From contig JAULTD010000001.1 of assembly GCA_038801785.1 (NCBI GenBank), positions 441,568-505,567 of the forward strand: a stretch of DNA of 64,000 nt. The letters run 5' to 3'. Made by a program: the position numbers and the translations under genes. The notes under the pieces are model-generated. The model worked only from the letters and a program-made list of their open reading frames with translations. It ran no database searches and was not told the DNA's origin. How positions within the stretch are numbered: the first letter of the stretch is position 1; every line of letters starts with the position of its first letter. Source of the stretch: Candidatus Methanomethylicaceae archaeon GD_Cm_T35_P0_bin.15. Lineage in GTDB: Archaea; Thermoproteota; Methanomethylicia; Methanomethylicales; Methanomethylicaceae. Positions 41,051 to 49,735 of the stretch are shown here, piece by piece.

Positions 41051-42325
41051 TTACCGTCTTTGTATAGGAGTTCTTGAAGCTTTAGAGCGACTGTGACGCA
41101 GATTGTCTAATTCTTTTTCAAACATTTCAACGAGGACGCTCCAATCATTACTTTCGATAGCCCTGCGAGCTTTCTCGCCCTCTTGTGTAATTAATTTGCC
41201 TTTAAGAGCGTATGCCTTTTCCACGACTTCTTCTGGATGATCAATATAGACAATACCGCTGCTCTCCCCAAATTCTTTTTGTATGCCAGGCAGCCTTGTG
41301 GCAATCACGGGCTTACTAGCGGCCATATACTCATACATTTTAATAGGAACAATATTTTGCATTACTACTTCATCAAGATATGCAGGTAAAAGACAAATAT
41401 CTGATGCAGACAGATAATCAAGAATCAAGTCAAACGGTTGCTTTCCAACAAGGATTAAGCGGTCTGCAAGATCATAAATATCACGAATTTTACAGAGATC
41501 AAAATAAGCTTCCCCCTCTCCGACGATCAGCATTTTCAAATGGCTTTTTGAGCGTTTAGTGTTAGCTAGACTTAAGGCAACTTCTTTTAATCCAGAAAAG
41601 CTATAGAGCCACCCCATAAAAAAGAGGACGATGTCGGCATCATCGATCTTGTATTTTACTCTTATTTCAGCTCGTTTTTCTGGATTTGGTCTATAGCGGC
41701 TCAGATCCACACCGCCAGGGATAATGACGACTTTAGCTGGATCTGCGCCCATCAATCTTACATAATCTACAAGACCTTTGTTTATTACAATAATTCTGTC
41801 CGACCTTTTTAGCACTGTACTCTCAATCGCTTTAGCGAGCGGTTGCCCTATTTTCTGGGGCACCAATGTATGCAAATGGTCTATCAGATAGTAAACGAAC
41901 GGGATACTCTTTTTCTTACACATATGTGACGCCAAATATGCATTAAGTATACCAAACGAGACGACTACATCAGGTCTAAATTCGTTAATCTGTTTTTCAA
42001 GCTCCAAGCGATGACTAAGTACCAGTGAGATGTACTCCAATAGGGGTAGTTGCACTATTGCAGGTCTGATCAAATCGATCTTTCCTTGTGGGACTACTTT
42101 CCAGCATCCATTGAATACCTCGCGTTTCTTTAAAAAGCGGTATTTTTTGTTTCTCCATAGTATGTCATAATCAATAACACGGATGTAATGGCCTCTCTCA
42201 GATAATCTCTCCATAAGGTGATGTTGTTGATGGGGGCCTCTCTCGATCCAATTCGATTCTTGCAGAACGAGTATGCGCATCTCAGAATTCGCAGGAGCGT
42301 TGGATCTCTGTCCAGTTATTAGCAA
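41051..42325 (-). CDS. Glycosyltransferase family 4
   Basis: GT-B fold. 'YEYMAASKPVIATRLPG' C-terminal motif. 424 aa. Confidence 0.75.
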   Translation of the reverse strand: MLITGQRSNAPANSEMRILVLQESNWIERGPHQQHHLMERLSERGHYIRVIDYDILWRNKKYRFLKKREVFNGCWKVVPQGKIDLIRPAIVQLPLLEYISLVLSHRLELEKQINEFRPDVVVSFGILNAYLASHMCKKKSIPFVYYLIDHLHTLVPQKIGQPLAKAIESTVLKRSDRIIVINKGLVDYVRLMGADPAKVVIIPGGVDLSRYRPNPEKRAEIRVKYKIDDADIVLFFMGWLYSFSGLKEVALSLANTKRSKSHLKMLIVGEGEAYFDLCKIRDIYDLADRLILVGKQPFDLILDYLSASDICLLPAYLDEVVMQNIVPIKMYEYMAASKPVIATRLPGIQKEFGESSGIVYIDHPEEVVEKAYALKGKLITQEGEKARRAIESNDWSVLVEMFEKELDNLRHSRSKASRTPIQRR

Positions 42326-43292
42326 ACCAGCGGTAAGTCTTGTTCAAGCCCACTTTAAACTCAGTTGTAGGATTATAATGCAATATCTTCTTTGCTTTCT
42401 CTATAGAGGCTAGCAACCTGAACTTCTGATCCCAGTCTCTTCTCTCCCTATATATAATTCCAGCATGATTTCCAGTAATCTCGTTTACCCAAGCAGCTAG
42501 ATCGTTTATCTTTATTTCGCGATTTGTGCCGAGATTGATTGCTTCACCAATAGCATCCTCGTAATAGGCCATTGCCAACAAGCCGTTTACGATATCACCC
42601 ACGTAAGTGAAATCACGAGTTTCTTCTCCAGTCCCTGTAATAGGCAAAGGTTGCCGATTCATGGCCCAATAGAAAAAGTTCGGGATTACATTACGATATT
42701 TGCCTGGAACCTCTCCCGGACCATAAGAGTTGAAGAATCTAGCGTTCACTATAGGCAGATCGTACAAGTTATAGTAACAATTAGTGTAGAGCTCACCTAA
42801 CATCTTAGTGACTTGATATGGCGTATACAATTTCATGGAAACATCGTGCTCTTCGAAGGGCATCTTTGAATCCGAACCGTAAATACCGCAACCGGAGGAA
42901 GAGTATATGAAACGCTCCACTCCAACAAGATGTGAGTATTCGAGCATCCTCAAAATCCCCATTCCGTTGACCATTAAATCTGTCTCAGGATTATCGACCG
43001 AATTCTGATTGGCAAAATGGGCCGCCAGATGGTATACGATTTCAGGTTTTCTTTTGAACGCCCGTCTGAGGTACTCTTCGTCCAATACACTGCCTTTAAT
43101 AAACCGTATCTTTTGTCCACGGGGAACATTCCACTCGTATGAGGAAGAAAGGTCATCCAAAATGATGACTTCTTTTGTATCCAAGGTGTTGAGTGTTCTG
43201 ACCAAATTTCCTCCTATAGCACCTGCTCCGCCTGTTACCAGAACAGTCTTTCCTTTAAAGGAGTTTTTTACTTCTTCCATGTTAATCACCAA
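42282..43292 (-). CDS. NAD-dependent NDP-sugar epimerase/dehydratase (extended SDR)
   Basis: 'VLVTGGAGAIGGNLV'. Catalytic 'YQVTK'. Confidence 0.85.
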   Translation of the reverse strand: MVINMEEVKNSFKGKTVLVTGGAGAIGGNLVRTLNTLDTKEVIILDDLSSSYEWNVPRGQKIRFIKGSVLDEEYLRRAFKRKPEIVYHLAAHFANQNSVDNPETDLMVNGMGILRMLEYSHLVGVERFIYSSSGCGIYGSDSKMPFEEHDVSMKLYTPYQVTKMLGELYTNCYYNLYDLPIVNARFFNSYGPGEVPGKYRNVIPNFFYWAMNRQPLPITGTGEETRDFTYVGDIVNGLLAMAYYEDAIGEAINLGTNREIKINDLAAWVNEITGNHAGIIYRERRDWDQKFRLLASIEKAKKILHYNPTTEFKVGLNKTYRWFANNWTEIQRSCEF

Positions 43293-44226
43293 TCCTGTAG
43301 TACCATCTCATCCAATCTACAGTTCTTCGAATGCCTTCCTCAGGAGGCACAGTAGGATTGTGTTTCAAATCACGTATTGCTTTCGAACAGTCAATGGTCT
43401 TTACCTTCGTAGTAAAGGGCTCACTCTCATTATACGAAACAAGCGAGTCATCCCTGCCAACAATCTTTAGCACTATGTCAGAATAGTCCTCAATACTCCG
43501 CTCCCATTCAGGTTTGCCTGCCACATTGTAGACTTCACCGGGTATGAAATTATTAATGATGTTTGCAAAAGTCATGCAGGAATCTTCGACATAATCTATA
43601 ATTCTCTTATGACCTTTGAAGACAACATACGGCTTGTTAAATAACGCGTGGTATATGAACTTGGGTATAAACCCCCTATAAGGAGTGTAATGCTCGCCAG
43701 GCCCATAGCAGTTCACAGGACGAACTCTTACAATCTCGGTTCCAAACATGCTGGCAGAGTTCATGCACATCAACTCGCCCGCCCATTTGGTAATGGCATA
43801 ATCATTCATCTGATAAGTTTCCTTGATTGGCTTGCACTCCATTATATCTTCGGTCATTACATCGTTATAATCGCCGTAAACCTCTGCTGAAGAAAAGAAG
43901 ATCATCCTAAACCTGAGTTTTTCCTGCAATCTAAGCATATTCTTTGTACCAATAACGTTGGTCTCCCAGAGATTTTCATAATAATCTTCGCCATTCCATC
44001 GACCGTACTCGGCTGCCAAGTGATAGACGTAATCAAACCGGTCTTTTTCAAAGACTTTTTCAATTTGTCGAAAATTACGTACATCTGCGCGTATGTAGTT
44101 ATCGCGATCATTATTGAAAAGATCGAGTGCGATAACACTATGACCGCGCTTTCTTAACTCATTTACTAAATTTGTACCAATAAAGCCTGCTCCACCGGTA
44201 ACGAGTATCCGTTGAGTATCCATCAT
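43282..44226 (-). CDS. NAD-dependent NDP-sugar epimerase/dehydratase (extended SDR)
   Basis: 'ILVTGGAGFIGTNLV'. Catalytic 'YAITK'. Overlaps the downstream epimerase by 11 nt. Confidence 0.85.
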   Translation of the reverse strand: MMDTQRILVTGGAGFIGTNLVNELRKRGHSVIALDLFNNDRDNYIRADVRNFRQIEKVFEKDRFDYVYHLAAEYGRWNGEDYYENLWETNVIGTKNMLRLQEKLRFRMIFFSSAEVYGDYNDVMTEDIMECKPIKETYQMNDYAITKWAGELMCMNSASMFGTEIVRVRPVNCYGPGEHYTPYRGFIPKFIYHALFNKPYVVFKGHKRIIDYVEDSCMTFANIINNFIPGEVYNVAGKPEWERSIEDYSDIVLKIVGRDDSLVSYNESEPFTTKVKTIDCSKAIRDLKHNPTVPPEEGIRRTVDWMRWYYRIGD

Positions 44227-44236
44227 ACGAACCTCC

Positions 44237-45214
44237 TTAACCTTTATTTTCCTTGTTGTTCTTGATACTGTATAATATAAGAGAGGTCATCGCCAGAAAC
44301 ATGCCCCCAATTGTCACACCTAAACAGACTATCGCCAAAGGTATACTGAAATACCGCGTCTGATTGAAGATTAGCAGTAAATAGCCTCCAAGTATGAGGC
44401 CTGCGGAAAACAAGGAGATCCCGGGGACGCCTAGGACTAACAAAGGACGCCGATGAACGGTCAGCTTCGCGATCGTATCGATAAGCTCGAGTCCATGTCT
44501 TAAAGGGCTCTTTTTCGAGGTTTGTGCCAGCCCATCATAAAGTACGGTTACAGGCACTTCCTTAATCTTCAGATTGTGCTCCTTAGCTATAGCCAGCTGT
44601 TCGGACTCAGTGCCGTAGCCCTCCACTTCACAGGACAGCATCGCCTCAAGGGCCCTCTTGGAATAGGCGCGGTAGCCGCTCTGGGTATCCTTAACAGTAC
44701 CTCCCCCGCTTAACGCATTGATTATGCGCAGCCCAAACCTGCGGTAGAGGGGCGCATCGGTCCAAGCGCCGTCAACGTAGCGAGAGCCCAGCGCGATATC
44801 GGCCTCGCCGTTCAGTACGGGCTCAATCAATAGCGGGATCTCATTCGGATCGTGCTGGCCGTCAGAGTCCAGCGTCACGGTCACGTCGGCCCCTATGTTC
44901 AAGGCGTGCTGGAACAGGTGCTTCAGGGCTACGCCTTTCCCCTGGTTCTTCTTGCTCGATATCACGTAGGCTTTCAGGGCCGAGGCTACCTCGCTGGTCA
45001 TATCTTCAGAGCCATCATCGTAGACCAGCACCTCGTCGACGTACTTCTGGGCTTTGATTATGACGCTGGGGAGAGTCCTGTCCTCGTTGTAGGCGGGTAT
45101 GCACGCAACGATCAGCTTGTGCTCGCTTACTGGAAGGGTGCGCTCCAGCATATCGCCCGTAACTCCCCGGCTACAAGTAACGCTTTTTGCCCTTACGTGC
45201 TCTTTACTTATCAT
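44237..45214 (-). CDS. GT2 dolichyl-phosphate sugar synthase-like glycosyltransferase (Dpm1/AglJ-like) with C-terminal TM helices. Mosaic GC: high at the 5' end, low at the 3' end
   Basis: 'IPAYNEDRTL', 'DDGSEDMT' and 'LDSDGQHDP' (DXD). Two C-terminal TM segments. Confidence 0.85.
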   Translation of the reverse strand: MISKEHVRAKSVTCSRGVTGDMLERTLPVSEHKLIVACIPAYNEDRTLPSVIIKAQKYVDEVLVYDDGSEDMTSEVASALKAYVISSKKNQGKGVALKHLFQHALNIGADVTVTLDSDGQHDPNEIPLLIEPVLNGEADIALGSRYVDGAWTDAPLYRRFGLRIINALSGGGTVKDTQSGYRAYSKRALEAMLSCEVEGYGTESEQLAIAKEHNLKIKEVPVTVLYDGLAQTSKKSPLRHGLELIDTIAKLTVHRRPLLVLGVPGISLFSAGLILGGYLLLIFNQTRYFSIPLAIVCLGVTIGGMFLAMTSLILYSIKNNKENKG

Positions 45215-45265
45215 AGTTTTAGTGCATAAGCGCTATAAAGGGATTGTGCAACGCCATCCGCATTC

Positions 45266-46294
45266 TCAGAAGGGCGGCGACGTCACATTTACCCACAGGT
45301 GAGTCCACAGCCCGGTATAATCGAGCCTCTTTGTTGTGCTGTTGAAGGACCACAGCTCGAAGATTATCCGCTGGCTCGGGCCGGTCTTGGAAAGGGTCAG
45401 CTCCAAGGGATAAGTCCCGCTGCCGTTGTTGGTCAGAACCTTATCGAGCCGGAGCACCGTACTTGCGGGGGAAGGGTCCATCTCAGTCGAGTTATCCCCC
45501 ACTTTCACCAGGACCGAGTACCACATCGGCTCACCTACATGGTTCCCAACATAAGCGTACAGGTCGATGGTCTGGCCGGATACCACCTCCTTCGGGTAGT
45601 CGCTCAGCTTCTGGCCGGGACCCAGTATGCCGAGTTCCGAGAAGGACTCCCCGGTCCTCCCCGCGGCAACAGCAAGTGAGGCGGGCACCAGCGCAACGAC
45701 CAGGAGCACGGCGACAATCGCAAGGGCAGCATGCTCCATCGTAAATATCGTGGATTCCTCGCCGTCATCGCCAGCGCCCTCCCCTTTCCGGACCTTGGGC
45801 TTCGCTGTCTCTCCGTTTACCCTCACAACGCTGCCTCCCCTGACCCTCAGCCACGCCTTCCAGAGCCCGCCAGCACCGAACCTGAAGACCAGCCCGGCGG
45901 CGATAACCGCCCCGGCGGTGGCCGCGATCATGGCGACCGTCCCGTTCTGGTTCTGCCTTTCGCCTGCCTCCTTGACTGCCGCCATATCCCGCATGACCTC
46001 TTGAGCGATGGAGCTCGCCTCCTGCGCCAGCGTTGCAGAGCCGGCCGGGTCAGAACCAGCCATGGCCTCGGCGCGCAGCATCTTCTCTATCGCCTGGTTC
46101 AATAATTCTACATCCCTCTGCGGCACGCTGCCCGCCACGGCGTAGGCGTCCTGCAGCGACACGAACGCGTCCTGGACGCTGGCCCAGGAGCCGGCAATGG
46201 TCGCATCGGCCGGAGCGCCCTGCACTGCGGAGACGGCGCCAAGCGAGGCGATCACCGCCAGCGCCAATGAGAAGACGGGCAACCTCAGGTTCAT
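45266..46294 (-). CDS. DUF1616-family archaeal membrane protein (signal/TM N-terminus, extracytoplasmic C-terminal domain)
   Basis: C-terminal '..FSELGILGPGQKLSDYPKEVVSGQTIDLYAYVGNHVGEPMWYSVLVKV..' fits the DUF1616 pattern recalled from memory. High GC. Confidence 0.5.
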   Translation of the reverse strand: MNLRLPVFSLALAVIASLGAVSAVQGAPADATIAGSWASVQDAFVSLQDAYAVAGSVPQRDVELLNQAIEKMLRAEAMAGSDPAGSATLAQEASSIAQEVMRDMAAVKEAGERQNQNGTVAMIAATAGAVIAAGLVFRFGAGGLWKAWLRVRGGSVVRVNGETAKPKVRKGEGAGDDGEESTIFTMEHAALAIVAVLLVVALVPASLAVAAGRTGESFSELGILGPGQKLSDYPKEVVSGQTIDLYAYVGNHVGEPMWYSVLVKVGDNSTEMDPSPASTVLRLDKVLTNNGSGTYPLELTLSKTGPSQRIIFELWSFNSTTKRLDYTGLWTHLWVNVTSPPF

Positions 46295-46298
46295 CTCA

Positions 46299-47858
46299 TC
46301 AGTAAGCGTGCCTCTTCGGCCCCGCCACCACGATCCTGTACCCTTTCTCAGCCATGGCCCTCAGGCTTATAGACAGTTCTTCCGCATCATGCGAAGACAC
46401 CACAACGATCGCGGCAGGGGGCCCCACCTTCTCCGCCACCCTCTTCAGGGCGCTGCTTGCCGGCGCGTCCTTCGCTGCTTCCTGCACCGCCCGGTTTTCC
46501 AGGTCCAGCACGCTGCCCAGCCCGCTCCCCTGCTCACCGGCGCCAACAAGGTGGATGTCCCGCCTCAGGCGTAGGGGGTCCACCGGCTGCAGCACCCTCC
46601 CGGCGGGCGGCGCCACGGCGATGCGCTTGGTCAGCACCATCGATCTTATCAGGGCTTCCCGGGGGCTCGCCAGCCCGGCAGACTCGACCACCCCGCCAGA
46701 GTCGAAGGCGGCCATTGCGACAGGCACGCCCTCCCTCGCCAGGGTAAGCGCAGAGGTTATCAGGCTGTAGGCAAGCTCGTCGGCGTCCTCCGCGTCCTTA
46801 GCCGTCAGATCAGCCACAATGATCGCGGGCTGGACCTGCCCTCCCGCGAACTCCTTCACCACGAGCTCCTGGAGCCTGAACGTGTGCCTCCAGTCCACGT
46901 CCTTGACCCTGTCCCCCGGCTGGTACTCCCGGCTGCCGTAGTAGTCCACGCCGCGCCTCGAGGGCTTCTGAACCCTTATCGGGGGGGTAGCCATCGACGG
47001 ATAATAACCGGCGGCAGCCTGCTCCAGGTACTTCTCGGCGAGCCATTCCGCGTACCGCGCCTTCGGGATGACGTGCACGTCCAGGGGGTACAGCACCTGC
47101 CCCACGGAGACGAAGCCCCACGGATCCGTCACGGTCGCGTTAATCGCCACGTCGGACGGCGCGGCCAAGGGGGGCGTCACCGTCAAACTCCCCTCGTATC
47201 CCCCTCCCGCCTCCAGTGCGAGGGCGTCCGCGGAGACGGAGACCCACGGCTGCGCAGGCTCCATCTGCAGCGTCACCGGGATCTGCGCGCCTGTCCTGAG
47301 GCTGAGGGGGGCGCTCACCGTCTCCCTGACGAGGACGCGCCTCTGCGCCGTGGCGACGGAGATCGGCGCCCTCGGGATGTTCATGACGGAGTGGGCAAGT
47401 ATTCCTATCAAATATGCTCCACATAACATGCACGCCAGGATCAGCTCGGCCCTTGCCAGCACCAGCGATGTCAGGGACAGCAACGCCAAAGCGGTGAGCA
47501 GGGTCCGCGGCAAGGGGGCGATGCTCCTCCCCGCCCTGAACTTCCCCCCGGTCTGGGCCGCGCCCGCCGATTTAAGGCACGGCTCCATCCTCAGCAGGAG
47601 GGGCGCGGCAGCCGCTGCGGCTGCGTATGGCCCCGTAATAGGTGCAAGCAGCAGGGGCACAATGAACAGCGTCGCGAAGAGGAGCGCGAGCGCCTGCCCT
47701 GCACCCCTTATTTTTATCCGGTACATCCTAAAGGCGTGGGCGGCGAGCAGCAGCACTGCGAACGCTGACCCTGGCAGCCCGGCGGCGATGGACGAGGCTG
47801 CGAGCACGATCATTATGTATGCGTCCAGCGCCTTCCGCACCACAGGCCGCTCTCTCAT
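46299..47858 (-). CDS. DUF58-domain protein (MoxR partner, vWA-like fold) with N-terminal TM segments
   Basis: 519 aa. Its start overlaps the MoxR stop by 4 nt. 'DVDWRHTFRLQELVVKEF' is DUF58-like. Confidence 0.6.
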   Translation of the reverse strand: MRERPVVRKALDAYIMIVLAASSIAAGLPGSAFAVLLLAAHAFRMYRIKIRGAGQALALLFATLFIVPLLLAPITGPYAAAAAAAPLLLRMEPCLKSAGAAQTGGKFRAGRSIAPLPRTLLTALALLSLTSLVLARAELILACMLCGAYLIGILAHSVMNIPRAPISVATAQRRVLVRETVSAPLSLRTGAQIPVTLQMEPAQPWVSVSADALALEAGGGYEGSLTVTPPLAAPSDVAINATVTDPWGFVSVGQVLYPLDVHVIPKARYAEWLAEKYLEQAAAGYYPSMATPPIRVQKPSRRGVDYYGSREYQPGDRVKDVDWRHTFRLQELVVKEFAGGQVQPAIIVADLTAKDAEDADELAYSLITSALTLAREGVPVAMAAFDSGGVVESAGLASPREALIRSMVLTKRIAVAPPAGRVLQPVDPLRLRRDIHLVGAGEQGSGLGSVLDLENRAVQEAAKDAPASSALKRVAEKVGPPAAIVVVSSHDAEELSISLRAMAEKGYRIVVAGPKRHAY

Positions 47859-48793
47859 TCCGCCTTCGGGACGGGCGCCTCCTTCATCACGCCGTCGATG
47901 ATCGATCTGGGGGTCACGCCGTCGATCTCGGCCTCGGCCTTGACCCGTATCCTGTGCTCCAGCACCGGGAGAGCCAGCTGCTTCACGTCGTCCGGTATAA
48001 CGTAGTCCCTCCCCCTCATGAATGCCATGGCTCGGGAGCCCTTGTAGAGCGAGGTCGTGGCCCTCGAGCTCGGCGCCACCAGCACGTCGGGGTTCCTCCT
48101 TATCCTGTCAGCCAGGTCCGTGATGTAGCCGCGTATCCCGTCGGAGACGTAGACCCGCTTCACCGCCTCCCTAACCTTCACGATATCGCCGAGCGAGGCG
48201 GCCACCCTCACGTCCGGGCTGTCGATATAGTCGATCCTCTCCAGCACCCTTGCCTCCGCCTCCTTGTCGAGGTAGCCGCTCCAGATCCTGAACATGAACC
48301 TGTCCGCCTGCACCTCCGTAAGCTGGGACGTGCCCTCAAAGCCGTACGGGATCTGCGTGGCGATGACCATGAAAGGCTGCGGCACGGCGTGCGTCCGTCC
48401 TTCCACGGTGACCTGCCCCTCCTGCATCACTTCTAGGAGGGCGGACTGGGTCCGGGCTGTGGTCCGGTTGAGCTCGTCCGTCAGCACGATGTTCCCGAAG
48501 ACTGGCCCCGGTATGAACCTCGACTTGCCGTCCGGCGTGTAGAAGTAAAATCCGGTCACGTCAGAGGGCAGCATGTCAGGCGTGAACTGGATCCTCCTGA
48601 ACTCGCCGCCGATCGCCCTGGCGAAGGTCTTTGCGACAAGCGTCTTCGCGGTGCCCGGGAGGCCCTCAATGAGCACGTGCCCCCCGCTGAATAGTGCCGC
48701 CAGCATGACCTCCTTCACGTCGTCCTTCCCCAGGACCACTTTCGAGACTTCGTCTATGATCCTCCTCGGTACCTCGAGCAGCTCGGATGCCAT
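47855..48793 (-). CDS. MoxR-family AAA+ ATPase
   Basis: Walker A 'GLPGTAKT'. Walker B 'VLTDELNR'. 312 aa is the typical MoxR length. Confidence 0.92.
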   Translation of the reverse strand: MASELLEVPRRIIDEVSKVVLGKDDVKEVMLAALFSGGHVLIEGLPGTAKTLVAKTFARAIGGEFRRIQFTPDMLPSDVTGFYFYTPDGKSRFIPGPVFGNIVLTDELNRTTARTQSALLEVMQEGQVTVEGRTHAVPQPFMVIATQIPYGFEGTSQLTEVQADRFMFRIWSGYLDKEAEARVLERIDYIDSPDVRVAASLGDIVKVREAVKRVYVSDGIRGYITDLADRIRRNPDVLVAPSSRATTSLYKGSRAMAFMRGRDYVIPDDVKQLALPVLEHRIRVKAEAEIDGVTPRSIIDGVMKEAPVPKAE

Positions 48794-48799
48794 CTCAGT

Positions 48800-49735
48800 T
48801 CAGCTCCTCCGCCACAGTGGTAATGTTGTAAGTGTGGCAATCAGTGTTATTAAGGCTAGTGAGCCGGCCTGCGTCGACGCCGCGGCGTGGAGTACGGCGA
48901 GCACCAGCTTTGCGTCATCGAGCGGCGCCCTCGGCAGGTGCGACTGGTCGATAATCACCTGCCTGCTCCCGTCGAGATTAACCAGCCTCCCGGCTGCTAG
49001 GGAGTTGCCGTCCACGCCGGCCATGCTGTTTATGATTATGCTGGGGTCTGCAACCGCTATCACGCAGCCGTCCCCCAGCTTCTGGTACCCTGCCACCGGC
49101 AGCGGGCCGCTCGGGTCGCCGGCAGACCTTGCAGAGTTCCCGTCCGTGTCGAGGAAGCTGAACTCCGATGACCTTACGATGACGCTTACGGAGCCCCCGC
49201 TGACTGTGAGTGACGTCGCATGGTTGAGGGCGATGTCCCCGGTCCCGTTCAGGGGGTATGAGAGGTCGCTGGCCCTCGGGAACATCGCGTTCCGGTAGTT
49301 GAATATGGGGTCCATCAGGCGCTCGCCGGTGAACCGCATCTCCGCCCCCAGATATTCGAGCACCTGGTTCCCGTAGCCATAGTCGTCCATAATCAAAAGG
49401 ACGCCCCCCTGCACGACGAACTGCCTGATCGCGGATAGGTCGCTCCCGTTCAGCGGGACGTACGGGATCACTATGAGGGTCGAGTTGCCCGGATCCGCCG
49501 GCAGGTCTGCCAAGGAGGTTATGCCCGCAGCGTTGTTCCGTTCCCTGAAGTCGGTCAGCCCGTTCCAGAACGGGTTGTCAATGCGGAAGTCGCCCGTGGG
49601 GGGGAAGTACCAGACGAGCAGGGCTAGCGACATCACTACAGCAAGCGTGAGGGCGGGTAAGAGCTTACGAGCCTCCAATTCCAAGGCGCTCCGCCACATA
49701 CCTTGCGTAATCGTCCGCCGCTGAGAGGTCATCAA
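48800..49735 (-). CDS. DUF4350-like domain protein with N-terminal TM anchor; start uncertain (the 49735 start overlaps the upstream gene by 71 nt)
   Basis: 'LIVIPYVPLNGSDLSAIRQFVVQGGVLLIMDDYGYGNQVL' resembles DUF4350/GldG-like. Frequently found with MoxR-DUF58. Confidence 0.5.
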   Translation of the reverse strand: MMTSQRRTITQGMWRSALELEARKLLPALTLAVVMSLALLVWYFPPTGDFRIDNPFWNGLTDFRERNNAAGITSLADLPADPGNSTLIVIPYVPLNGSDLSAIRQFVVQGGVLLIMDDYGYGNQVLEYLGAEMRFTGERLMDPIFNYRNAMFPRASDLSYPLNGTGDIALNHATSLTVSGGSVSVIVRSSEFSFLDTDGNSARSAGDPSGPLPVAGYQKLGDGCVIAVADPSIIINSMAGVDGNSLAAGRLVNLDGSRQVIIDQSHLPRAPLDDAKLVLAVLHAAASTQAGSLALITLIATLTTLPLWRRS

